DNA from: Ptychomitrium polyphyllum
Lineage: Eukaryota
DNA: 64,000 bases
Direction: 5' to 3'
Assembly (NCBI GenBank): GCA_973851085.1
Contig: OZ316775.1
Span: 14,508,001 to 14,572,000, forward strand
The position numbers and the translations under genes are program-made. Shown here piece by piece: positions 12,415 through 24,401 of this stretch. The number at the start of each line of letters is the position of its first letter. The stretch's first letter is position 1. The notes below the pieces were generated by a model. That model made no database searches. It was not told the DNA's origin and saw nothing but the letters and a program-made list of their open reading frames with translations.

Positions 12415-14588
12415 CTACCTCCTTGAATGAGTTGGAAGATCTGACATGGAAGGAGGGAAGTCGTCAAGAGAGCGAGCCAATGCTTGTGATACATCCGGTG
12501 AAGCATGCCCAGTCCATGCCATTGGGTGCTTAAAAGAAGGTGACTCTATGATAACATGTGACATGGATTGGGAGAGCTGCTCTGCAGCCTCACGCTCTGC
12601 TGCTTCCTTTAGCTCCATCTCTTTAAGAGCCCTTCGTCCATATACAGTTGCTGTTACTGCTGTTGTGGTCGCAATACATGCACCTAAAACATTGTAAATA
12701 ATCTCCACAGGTGTAATCTGCCGCTTTCTGTGTTTGATGTCAGCCAGTGTGCTCAGTAATCTCCCACTGCAACAATATTATGATCCAATCAGAAGCATGT
12801 TAATGATATCAATCTGTACCAAACGAAAGCCTAGTATACTTTGACCTAAAAACTGATCTTGGACATGGTGCACCCTTTTCAGCTATTTAAAATCATTCTA
12901 ATCTAATTACTTAAGATCCTCAACAAGCACGGACACAAATCAGAAACTACCAGTAGGTCTTGTTGATTGCCAGAAGGTACAGACAGCCTGCTTGAATACA
13001 TCAAGAAATATGCTGAATACAGTCAACCTTGAGCCTGCCAGACAGCAATCTACGGCAATAAGCAGTGAGCTAGGTGGAGACAGAAGAATTACCTGTAAAT
13101 TGTAATGAAAGCTTCTGGAACCATACCAAATATGGAGCCAACGATATAGGGACAATATTTGATGTTTGAAGCAGTAACAATATAATTGAACAACGGGTAT
13201 GGAATCGGAGAAACTCGCAACAGCGTAATAGTACGAACTTGTTGAAACCAATTGCCTTGTTCGGCAATTCTTAATACTGCCGCCTTCTTTGGATACTTTG
13301 TTAGCCACACCTACAAAAATTACAACTAACTTCAGAATGCTGTCCACATCAGAGATATGTCGTAATAAAAGGACCACGTTCCTGGATATCACATAGATAT
13401 CGTATAGACTCGTCAAGGGATGTATATATGCTTGCACGAGATACCCTGTTACTAATCTTACAATAGCTGTTCTTTGGTTATCATGTAAAACAAAATATGG
13501 ATGCAGCAAGCATCAACCGGACGTTGACGTTACTATTGAAACACCCCTGAAACAGGCTCATCAATTAGTGCCACGGTTTCTACTGCTATTTGATAGAGCC
13601 CAACATGTATCTCCTTTGCAACGTAATAATAAACTTAAATGGTCTAACAGTAACTAATATAACATTGTGATGGTAAAATGGATACAAGGACAGACCTGTA
13701 TTCGATCATGCAACAGCCAGTGTCCGATGAAGTAGGGCAATGTCTGACCAACTGTAGTTCCTCCCATAATAATCAGAAACCCATAACCATAACCAAACAT
13801 CATGCCTGACAACCACATGGAAGGCCCCGATGGTAAAACAAACATCGGAAAAATCGCAAGTGAACATACGAGTACCACCGCCAAGACAGGTTTAGAGAAT
13901 TCAGTTGACTCCCACAACATCAACGGTATAATAACCTGCAGAAAAAGACAATTAAAATGAGTCCAAAGTGCACAAATACTGACCTTTCGGAACTACAAAG
14001 GCAGTGACCTTGTAAGGGCTGTCCTTATAAGGAGAAGATTCTGCAGTAGAGTACATTAAAGACTTCAGTTCATGTCCAACACAAGGCTGGCAAATTATCA
14101 GCAACCATCTAGCTGACGATCTAAATTCGAAGGCTATATTTATATAGCATCTAGAGCCTCTTGCAGTGTGGCAATTGAGCCACTGACAAAGAGCGAGACC
14201 ACGATGTAGATACAAGCTGTCACCGCCAATCACGAACTAAAAAGACAAATAATTGTGTCCATGCTCTTAATGCAGAGTAACGAGCCAGGGAGATTACCTT
14301 GTCTAGAAATATGGGGCCTACCCAGTGAATTAACACAGCTGCAATAGCAAGGCATACAATAGCAAGACAAATCAGTCCCGGCCACCAAAACCATTGACTG
14401 GACCACGGTCTGGGCCGTGCGGGTTGTGAAACGTTGAACTCCTCTACGTCATCCCTCGGATCCTCTTCTGCATGTCCAAGAGGTCGGTACTCTGCATCGT
14501 CTGAATCTCCTTGGAGAAGCTCCATATTCTCAAACAAGTCACTACTTCTTGGAGAGCCCCTTGAATTGTTCATCCTGGTGATCTGCAT
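12415..14588 (-). CDS. TVP38/TMEM64-like (DedA / SNARE-associated Golgi) membrane protein, 366 aa
   Basis: Exons 14588-14298, 13935-13696, 13310-13093 and 12766-12415 sum to 1101 nt with GT-AG introns. Motifs LPSGPSMWLSGMMFGYGYGFLIIMGGTTVGQTLPYFIG and LLRVSPIPYPLFNY...YIVGSIFGMVPE are typical of the family. Confidence 0.9.
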
Positions 14589-15604
14589 CCATATTTATGT
14601 CTTTAGATTTGTGAAAAAAGGAGAAGGATGCAATTGCCCTGTCTGCACGCAGAAACATTTTCGGCAGGCATAGCAAAACATGCACAAAGAAAGTTGTGGC
14701 AGGACCCTCTTAAGAGCAGAGCTATAACAGTAGAGAAACAGTGAACAGACTTTATGCACTACAATAAAAACAAACCTACCTTCAATGACCAGACCTCACT
14801 ACTCAAAATTCAAGGCTTTTCTTCGGCCGTGTATATCATTGCCCTCTTCCAACAGATCTTTGAGCAACCGATGGAGTTGATCAGGACGAACTCTTATCCT
14901 AAAATCAACTCAACAAATTCCTGCCCATGCTCCTCTGCGACTCAGGCAGGCAATCCCAGCGTGCTACAAGTGTAATTCCAGAATATTTCAACCCTCTCTA
15001 CCAAGCTAAACAGAGCTCAACCCACAAAACACAACAAAACCTAAATCTTGGTCCAAAACTAACTCAACGTCGCAGCTATCCCACAAAACTCACAACTTGC
15101 TATCACGAAACACTCCAACGCCATCTTGCAATCGTCACCAAAACTAAAACCCACCCCGCCTGTCACATCACACCACCGTGCCCTAGAACAATCACCTCGC
15201 AAAACCTAAAGCACACACCAATCCCAACTCCAACACCTCCACAGCCCAATGAACAACACCACCTCATAAGAAAACCGACACCCTCTTCCTAGAACCATCA
15301 AAGCTCATCACCACTGATCCTGTGCAACCCAACCGAATTATCCGTACTCGTGATGATTACGTCCACATCACGCATCGTAGGGTCCCGACTCTCGATCCGA
15401 CTTCCCTGTGCACCCCAACTGCAGTGTGCTCTGCTCACAAACACCACCGCAGCTTACAGTTGCGCACACCAATCCTGTATAGCGATGGTGGAGTGAGTGC
15501 ATGCAGCCTGGTTTCTTAGTGCAGTGATGCGAGTGATGTGAAACTGGCGTCAATTTAGCAGCGCGATGAGATGACGTCCAGCAGCTGCAGGTGCGGAACT
15601 TGGA

Positions 15605-15647
15605 TGTGAGTGTGTCTGTATGTGTGTGTGTGTGTACGCATGTGTGT
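15605..15647. repeat. Imperfect (GT)n microsatellite
   Basis: tgtgagtgtgtctgtatgtgtgtgtgtgtgtacgcatgtgtgt, upstream of the TVP38-like gene. Confidence 0.7.
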
Positions 15648-18600
15648 AACGTTGGTTGCGATGCGTGCCTTTCCAGCGACGATGTGAAAACGGCTGTGTT
15701 CCGGCGACGGCGCAGCGATGGGAAGCACGTCGCCCGTCAAGGCGACCGAGAGAGACAACTCTTGTTTGTTGTTCTTCTCGTCAACACGCGGTTGATACCC
15801 GTCATTTGCGGTTAATCTCCAGTTCTTACTGAAACAAATGACTGCGAGTCATTCTGAGCAGCCCCTGGACCTGAGTTGGACGGGTATCTGCAGCACGAGA
15901 CTCCCATGTTCAAAGATGCCTATCCGCACCCGCCATGGTTGGTACCCGCCACGGTATTGATTAGGTGGAATCTGCGCACAAGGTGGATTATGCATAGGGT
16001 CAGATTCTTCATACATGCACCCTCAAGATATTTAATCTTTGAAGGGAAAGGTATTTCTTAAGCATGAAAAACATTTCTTTTGAAGTTGTTTAAGTTTAAA
16101 TTTGAATAAGACATGAAAATCTTATATATATGATCTTGTAATTTAGACTTGTTGTAAATAGCCTAGATTAATTTTTTAATCATGGAAGCATATGAGTTGG
16201 AAGATTGTAAAAATTTTAATATAATTTTTTTTTAAAAAAATTGGCTAATAGATTTTGTTATTAAACCTACTTCAATAATTTAAAAAATTATTTAACAAAT
16301 TATTGAATATTACGTTTATAGTATAGTTGCAGAAATAAATTTAGTAAATAACATTGATGCATTCAAAAATAACTTTGTAATGGTAAAAAATGGTTAAGAT
16401 TTTATAAGCAAAAAATATTTATGATCAAAAATTCCTTAACATAAACCCTATTATATTATCACTTCATCTTGTAAATTGTGAAATTAATGAAATAAATTTC
16501 ATTAATAAAATACAATAGTTTTCAAAAATTGTGTAAATTCATAAAAGTATTCAACAAAGCTAAATAATCACTTTGAATCCAAAGATCTAATTTATGTTTA
16601 TGCCTTATTTCATCTAAGGCAAAATTACATTTAATACATATTTACAATAGTTTATTCCTATAAGGTGAAATTATCACAAGATTAACACAGTTATACATCA
16701 TTTAAAAACTTTTCAAACCTTCCATTAATTTCTAAAAAATTTAACATAGGTTTGATTTATTTTTAGAACCTTCCAATATCTTCTCCTAGTATTGTATGGT
16801 GTTGGCTTCATAATAAATAAGAAATAAGATGAAATGCACGTTAGGCTTGCTAGAATAAATTATAGAAAAGTACATAATGTTGCCTTGTTTTTAGTATTGT
16901 AACCATTCTTGATATCAACCTTATCTTTGATGTACTTTCTCACAAAGAATTTCTTGTTTATTATTAAATTTATTATCTTGCATTATTTCCAAAGTGGTAA
17001 CTATCCAAAATATTTAATCATGTGAGTTGAAAGTGTAGGATGCATCTTATTCAAAGCACATACAATTATAAAAATTTGCTCTACCATGGCCTCTAATAGT
17101 AACCTAAAGACATTTATACAAAATACAAGGTGCTCAAAAGAAAAATTACAAATGTTTTTACGTATTTTACAGAATATGTCCTAAATATTTACTTAATTTC
17201 AGAGATATTCTTATTCCTTCTTGACTCCCATTTTAATACTCCTTACAGCAAATGATCAACTAAATTTCAAAGAAGCCAACCTGCAAGGCTCCCATGTTAA
17301 CAAATGTTATGTTAGTTTACACGACCACTATGATATTTTATGGATACGGAAAGAGTAACCCCTACAGAATGATCCTGAGTGCAGATGTCCTAAAAGTAAA
17401 ATTTAGAACAGTTTGTAAATTCTACTTTTACAAAGTGTTACACTTGTTAGTTGTGGTTAGCATGCAATGCTGGCTTGTAACTAGGTTTACTTGAAACAGG
17501 GAAATCACAACCTAGATTCTTTTGTCTGCACTAGCATAATCTTGCCATTTAAGCCTTGCAATATAAAAATTGGTCAGTGAATGGCTGCATAAGAGGGATG
17601 CATAATAATTCATATCATATAGACCAGCTCTGTCTCCCGTTTCTCTGAGGAATGTCATTGCTTTTACCAATGCATTTTGTGGCTTTGATCTTCATTGTTG
17701 GATATTGAATTGTAGCCAAAGGAATGTGCACCTTTGCAATATCTCTTCTTATGAACATGTAATGCTTCAAGAACTTTCAGGAAAATTGTGGTTCAGCATT
17801 CACAAGAATTCTTTGGTAAGATAGTTTATAACAGATATCTCACCTCTCTTTCTCCATATTTTGTGCACTCTTATCTGACCAGTGCTATGCAGAGGTGGCT
17901 AAGTGATGTGCTCCTAGGCGCTTTGATTTAATTGTTGGCATGAACTTGACATGGAAACATGTCATGCCTAATATAGCGTTGTGCTCCTGGATGTTAAACA
18001 GCAAACACCATCCATATTCTTGCATCATCGCCCTACGGCAGCCATTCCAGCTGGCTCACAATGAACATGAAAATGTGTTCTGTTTGACAAACCGAGTGCC
18101 AAGACTGCAAAATAAGAAGTGGTCTCACCTAAAGGCTTCGAGATGTCGCTTGATGACATCGAGCTCAAAGTTATGCACAATTAAAATTATCATCGACAAA
18201 AATCTCAAAAACTCCTACTAGACTAGAAGAACACTGCAAGGCATAGAAAGATTAGCCAGCACGTATTCTTCATCCGACCTTCAAAGCAGAGCATGCTTCC
18301 TCGAAACAGAGCTTAGGTTAGAACCAAGGGCCTTATGCTTCCGGCCTATGAACCCTGCGACGGTCGTGGCGTCTCCCATCAGCACAATCAAAACACACTG
18401 GAACTACCAGAAGAGGATTGCTCTATAAGCGCACCTGTCCAGTAAATTGCTGAGAACGTCTCAAACATCACCGACGATCTACGCACAAAACAAGGAGATG
18501 AATACACGGTCACACATAGAAGATGATGTTCATTCTAGTTCCTGCCAATCTTGGTCAGGCAACCTAATACTAGCTGAATACCGATTCAGGAAATCTCCCC

Positions 18601-19245
18601 TATGGCTCTTCCTAAACACAAGACTCCAAGAACTCTAACAATATCCGCTGACAAGGACTGACAAGAATTGAATCGCAGCAGAGGACCTATTCGAATTCTG
18701 GACACGCTGTAAATTTTCGACTGCGACCTGAGAAGAGATGAAAAACAACGAGGTCGCAACCTCAAAAGTTGGCAACGAATAGCTCACGAAAGAATTGCAA
18801 CATTCAAAGAGAAGTAGACATACCTGCGCAAGTACAGGTGTGTGCAAAATCTCACCAACAAATGATGAAACGCTATCGAAACACTAGCTAAACAGTAACA
18901 GGTCCTCCGCTACAATCAGTGAATTCTTTTCCCACAATAACCTTCTGCTCCAACGCTCTGTCTCTACAGCAAAACCGGAGATCAGCCAGGGCACATGAGC
19001 CGAATCCGTGGAATTATCTGTCTTTCAAAACCACAAATGGCCATGGCTACGCTGGGTCAAAATGACAGAACGCAAGGCAAACCAAGGAGTGCCACACCAA
19101 ACTGAAAATCACGGTCTGTGAAAGCAAACGACACGAAACTCAGGAACAGAGACGAGTGGAACGGCTCCGTATAGAAAATTTAGTCACATACGATCTGCAG
19201 AGATTAGCTCCCACAGTACCCTAACTTAGTTATCTGACCAGAAGT

Positions 19246-19379
19246 GCGAATGCCGACTAGGTTGCCTCCCAATCCTGAGCACAGATTGCCACAATTGTTG
19301 CCTTGTTGTAATAACTTGCAAGTTTTTCAATTGTGGCGATCTGTCACAAGCATAGCCAACCGAGCTAGGCGGCACTCGC
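19246..19379. ncRNA. Imperfect 134-nt stem-loop, candidate miRNA/hairpin RNA precursor
   Basis: Inner stem 19281-19297 pairs with 19328-19344 (17/17 on the plus strand, including one G-U). Outer stem 19246-19260 pairs with 19365-19379 (13/15). The spacers between the stems are both 20 nt. I do not recognise a known mature miRNA. Confidence 0.35.
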
Positions 19380-20484
19380 GGCCTTCGCAGAAACCAGATT
19401 GCCAGAATTCTGCTCCTATCATAACTGAATGACTTACAACTGTTGAATGTTTCGATCGCAATTCCATATGAACGCACTCGTACCTCTGCCGTGCGAAGCC
19501 TGAATGATTCAAGTATACTGATGTATGTGAGGAATAACACAAGAACCTAGTTGCAGAGCCCGACCCTCTCACAGGATGGCGACTTCACCTACAATTATTT
19601 GCCGTATGGGCGTGTCTGAAGCTTCGAATGGTCTGCCTTAGGTTTGCGTAAAGGAGCAAGCTCCAGGCTGACATGGCAGATATGTGGATTACAAGGATTG
19701 TGAACAGTATGGTTAGGTTACTTTCTGTTCCCTCTTGCAAAACGCAGAACGTTGTAAGTCCTTCAAAGTATAAGTTATGCATAGTAGTATTATCGACGTC
19801 AAACTCTGGTATGCGTGAACTGTATATTAAAATGGTACTCATACAGTTGCTTTGTTTCTGTTCCTCTGCGTGAAGATGAAGCTCTCTACTTGAGGATGGT
19901 CAACTTCCAGATACTGAAGTAACGAACATGTGTACAGGAGTTGTGCTTAATATCTAACTGTTACTTGTACTGACCAACTTTCTAGCCCGTGACCCATGTA
20001 AGTTTTTGTGGCTTTAGTATCTGGGTGCTCCGTTTGAGTTCCTGTCTTTTGAGGTTCACGTGTGTTGGCAGAAGATTGGGATAATGCTGAGGTACAAGTT
20101 CTAACTTTTCTGTTCTACAGATTTATTACATGCCACTGATCTTTTAATGCAACTGAACATGAGGCGAGTTGTATACATGTAGTGTCAATGAATATAAGAG
20201 AATATACCAGAAGAATAGTAGTTCTCAATATTCATTGTAAGAGCAGAGTGAAGTACAAAAATTGAGTACGATAATAAGTCTAGTGAACGGAGTCTACATG
20301 TTAAAGACCAGGATCTGGACGTACACCCCCGTTACTGTGCACGATACCCACAAACGGTAACTATATCCTTTAGAAAATTATACACAACTGTACAATGTTT
20401 ATACAAAATCGGAACTCAGTACTACATATTTCTCGGCACCATCCATCTCCAGAAAATATAGTCGGGTTCCGACTCCACGCCTGT

Positions 20485-21591
20485 CTACCCCATTCGCTGC
20501 ACGCTCGCATTCTTGTCAACGTTTTCCTTGACATACCTCAGAATGGCCGCACAGTTGATGCCACTCAGATTATAGACCCGGACAGTGTTGTTGCGAAGGT
20601 CAACATCACACAGCTCATAACCTGGACGTCCAACACAACAGACAACACGTCAGAAAACAGAGCATTCACAACAAGGGTCAGATCCGTTTGGTTTATCCAG
20701 TGTCACTATTGAACTTTGCAAAAGCTTGGAAGAATGGACTTTAGGATTGTTCAACTTATCCAACACAAGGTTACCTTGGTGGATTCCAAGAGACCCTCCA
20801 GAACACAAAGCAAAGTCCTAGTCGACTTTACATAGGTCCACAAATTAAAGTATATGCTTGATCAGAAAGCAGTTCTCAAGGTGTAAAGCTTTTTGCATCA
20901 ACATACACTGACTCATCCTGCTTCCATGGCTTTCGTTCAACTGGCTACTTTCAACGAACATAAGTTCGATCCCTGCTAATGAGGCTCAACAAAGTCTTTC
21001 CTTATGAGAGCCAGAGACACGTACCCAGAGTGTTCTTCATGTACGACACCAATTTCTCCTGTTTTTCCGGGTTCTTGATGTTGGCATTCACTGTCACCTC
21101 GAGCTGCACAAAAAGGAAGACGTTTAATCTTCAACAATCGAAGGTCAACAGTCTTTTCAAGAAGGTTGCGTTCAAGCTCTACAACCGGAAGATCTACATC
21201 ACCTTGCAATTAAAATTACTTTATTCAAAAACAAAACAAGCTGTGGCTGTATCAGCACTTACACTTACCTGGTATGACAAGTCCATATTCCCTCCTTCAC
21301 TAGCAGAGTAAGTCGGGATCACAAAAGAGGAATGCGACATCTTGGCACCAAACATCTGTAAGGTCAGACACAAGATAGTGTAAGTAGAACGAAACGAGCA
21401 CAACGAACTTCAACGTCTGAGTGTTTAGAGCCGCTTAATAAGGCCCCTGATTCGTGCTCCATAGCGAAACAAATAGAGCCTTCGCAATATCAAAGCAGAA
21501 CTGGTTCACAACGCGCAATCACAACACGAGTAACAAAATAAAAGTAAAATGGTGAGCCTCAGCTTGTAGCTACCTCATTGAGAGACATCAT
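20485..21591 (-). CDS. Small 106-aa protein with an HMA (heavy-metal-associated)-like domain lacking the CxxC motif
   Basis: Exons 21591-21574, 21355-21269, 21103-21025 and 20621-20485 sum to 321 nt, open through to TAG with GT-AG junctions. Protein: MMSLNEMFGAKMSHSSFVIPTYSASEGGNMDLSYQLEVTVNANIKNPEKQEKLVSYMKNTLGYELCDVDLRNNTVRVYNLSGINCAAILRYVKENVDKNASVQRMG. The first exon is less certain because exon 2 also begins with ATG. Confidence 0.75.
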
Positions 21592-22019
21592 GGCAACGAT
21601 CGAGCAGGTGTAACACTCAAATCTCACGACAGGTCCCGAGAGAAAATTCCAGAGCCCCTTCCGAGAAGACGAAAGCAAAACTGTTCTAGAAAATGAAGAA
21701 TTCTGTGAATGTAACAACTCCCCGCGAAAAACAAAGCTAGACAAAACAAAAAACTTTCGGTCCCAGCCCAACCACTCCAACTTCCCACAAAGAACGACGA
21801 CCGAAAAGTTCCAAACCTCCCCCCAGTGCAGAAAAACACAATCACCACCTCAACCCTCTCCTCCCACCCAAAGCAACCCAGACACACCAGCAGGTCTTCA
21901 CACCACCACCAGAGCACCACCCGTCAACCAAATCCTCCCAAAGTGGAAGATCTTCAGCGATAACGAACTAAAACAGGGGAGATGAGAGTGCATTGTGACA
22001 AAACTGGTAGCAGGGTGAT

Positions 22020-22029
22020 CTATATATAG
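22020..22029 (-). promoter_or_regulatory. Probable TATA box (CTATATATAG) of the HMA-like gene
   Basis: Strong TATA element about 430 nt upstream of the first ATG at 21591, followed on the minus strand by a leader-like sequence. Confidence 0.5.
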
Positions 22030-23017
22030 TTTCAGAATGTCTGCAGCTCCCTTCAGACAGAAGCCGGACAAAAGATCTCGTCGGTCGCCACGACAGAGCG
22101 CGGGCCGGGATTCAGAGTTCGGCGCCCGGCAATCCAGCCCTCCAGCCAAACTGGCAAACTTTCGGAAGTCTGCTGAACGCGGGTCGTCGGCCACTATCAT
22201 AGACCATTCCCTGAGCGGTGTGAATGGAGGCCTGAGGACACCATTAACTAAAACCGTTACTATGACCCAAGCTGGCATATCTACCGAAGCGTAAACTTTG
22301 CTTTATGAAATCTACGATTTTAGTAGATGATTCCCCTTTTGATTGCAGTGACGGTATGCCACTATCTTTGGTCGGGTATTATCTAGGAATTTGGACTTTG
22401 TGTCAAGTGAAATGTTCGCTTTCCATATATGACGTTGGTTTTAGATTCATCGGCGATTTTAGGTGCGAATTTTGGGCAGGCAGTTGTAAGCGACGGTGTG
22501 AATGGGGATTCGAGGGTTTCGTTTGCGGGTTGTAGGTCTTTCCCATGCTAAGTTTCTGTGTTGTTGCAAGCTTTCGCCACAGTAACTTTTTAGGGTCTGT
22601 ACCGGTATGTAGCATGTCTGTACGGTATTCGTGGACAAAGTTACGGGAGAACTTTGTGTTTAGCCAATGGTTTGCGAGGGTGAGGGCGCGTTTCTGGAAG
22701 GTTGGCAAACGCAGTGGCATTTTAAAGCAATAATTGAAAGTCAATTGGGGTGACAAAAAATGGCAGGAGTCTTGTGCCAGTCAATGCGGTCGATGATGAA
22801 GGGTTGAAATGTGTGGGTTGGGGTGGGACGGGGCATTGTGGGGGTGGGATTGGAGTGTACATTAAGTGAACTTTGTGTGATACAATTGCGAATAGAAGTT
22901 GTTGATTGTGCAAAAAGATGGAGGTATTCATAGTTGACGTTTGACGGGGTGGTTGATGGTGGGTTTCAAATGAACCACAACCCAAGCTGTATATATCAAC
23001 CACGGCTTTCTTCTAGT

Positions 23018-23194
23018 GAGTTTCATTCAATTACGTCAATGTATAGCTTTAACAAGTTGGATAGGTGACAGTTTGAGTTTTCATTCAACTTTGCTGGTGT
23101 ACAGCTATGTTTGAAAGTTATATGGATGATGTTCTGAGTCACCATTTAATTTTGCGGAGTGTACAATATCGTGAAGCTGGATGGGTCACATCTT
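23018..23194. repeat. Degenerate ~60-bp tandem repeat, 3 copies
   Basis: Units begin gagtttcattcaatt, gagttttcattcaact and gagtcaccatttaatt, each followed by tgtaYa and aag-t-gat segments. Confidence 0.5.
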
Positions 23195-24302
23195 CTTCCA
23201 TGCAAAGGCCAAAGGCCACACAAACTTCATGACTGACAATAAAATATACTTGTAGCAAAGAAGATTTACTTTGTTTCACTTTAAAGCTTGTATAAGAGTT
23301 GAGCAATCTTTGCAGGGTAGATTAATAAAAAAATATACATTTTTAGCTTTGTAGAACTATTGGTTTTGTATTAAGTTTCATATAGCTTCAATTTAAGGAT
23401 TAGAATTTGAATGTCTTTACATGAAAGAACTATTAGCTTACAACATATAATTAAATTGGTAATAAAAGTCAATACAAGACTAATTCTAAAAAAATACATG
23501 CTAGGCTTTATTTTATTTCATTTCATTTTTTGAACTTTGACATGTTGGTCACAAGTTGGATTTTGTTGTTGGCTCTTTATATAAATCTCAGTGTTGTGCT
23601 TGAATCTTTTTATTTTTGCTTAAATTATCATGTATATTATTTTTAAGGAAGGTGATTTTACAAAAAAACAAAATTATCTTTATAATATTTGAATGCTATG
23701 TTATGCTATCTTGTCTTTTAGAATTTAATTGTTAGGTGGTAATACAAAGAACACTAGCAATTATTAGAAGGAAATAAACTTGATTTTTTGGTTTTAAAAC
23801 TTCTTAGTACATTAGATGAGGTGTCATGTCATAAAAATAATAATTGGAATATGATTTTTAAGAGGTTGAATTGTATTTGTTCTACTAGCAAATTACATTA
23901 TTTAGATAATAGTTCTACATATATTAATGTCTATTTAAGGTTGTAACTTTACTCTAAAGGAGTACATAATAAAAACCAAAAATGATATATACTTCATTAC
24001 ACATAATAACCAAATTTTATGCAAATTAAGTCTCAATCAAAGTTGAGGATTGGAAGTATACTATTAAGAGAAGAAACAAAAGAAAGGGGAAAAAAAAAAA
24101 AAAAAAAAACTTTATCTTATTTATTTAAACTTTGTGTGAAACATGGTTTTAAATGTTTTTCAACCCTTAGTTATTATATATCTTCTTAACTATGCTAACT
24201 CAAGAACTATTGATTCAAAGTTACATAAAATGAGATGCATGTACTTCAAAAAGAAGAATTACCTAAAAACTAACACTTGCAAACTTAATTGTCCACATTA
24301 AC

Positions 24303-24401
24303 TCAACCACATTATCTATACATTCACTGTATATGTCAACCACGTTATCTATACATTCACTGTATATGTCAACCACATTATCTATACATTCACTGTATAT
24401 G
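24303..24401. repeat. 33-bp tandem repeat x3 (TCAACCACATTATCTATACATTCACTGTATATG)
   Basis: Three near-identical units read directly. They explain the repeated YSECIDNVVDI in ORF 24263-24445. Confidence 0.9.

Noticed and set aside
12940..13509. 189-aa ORF and other long ORFs overlapping genes (28214-28744, 40091-40606, 55492-55923, 62841-63323)
   Set aside because: These are alternative-frame or antisense shadows of the real exons and introns of the annotated genes.
19209..19240. USE-like TCCCACAG suggesting an snRNA, 7SL or telomerase RNA gene
   Set aside because: No properly spaced TATA box, and the downstream sequence does not resemble any snRNA, SRP RNA or telomerase template I know.
21141..21150. 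Alternative acceptor giving a 37-aa peptide ending SYQVM*, with faint IRON MAN-like resemblance
   Set aside because: The AAG acceptor is weak and the IMA C-terminal motif is absent. The stronger TTTTTGTGCAG acceptor at 21104 gives the longer coherent ORF.
22037..22294. Plus-strand 85-aa ORF (and overlapping minus ORF 21898-22278)
   Set aside because: Lies in the GC-rich promoter of the HMA-like gene, its ATG is only ~8 nt from the TATA, and it has no recognisable domain.
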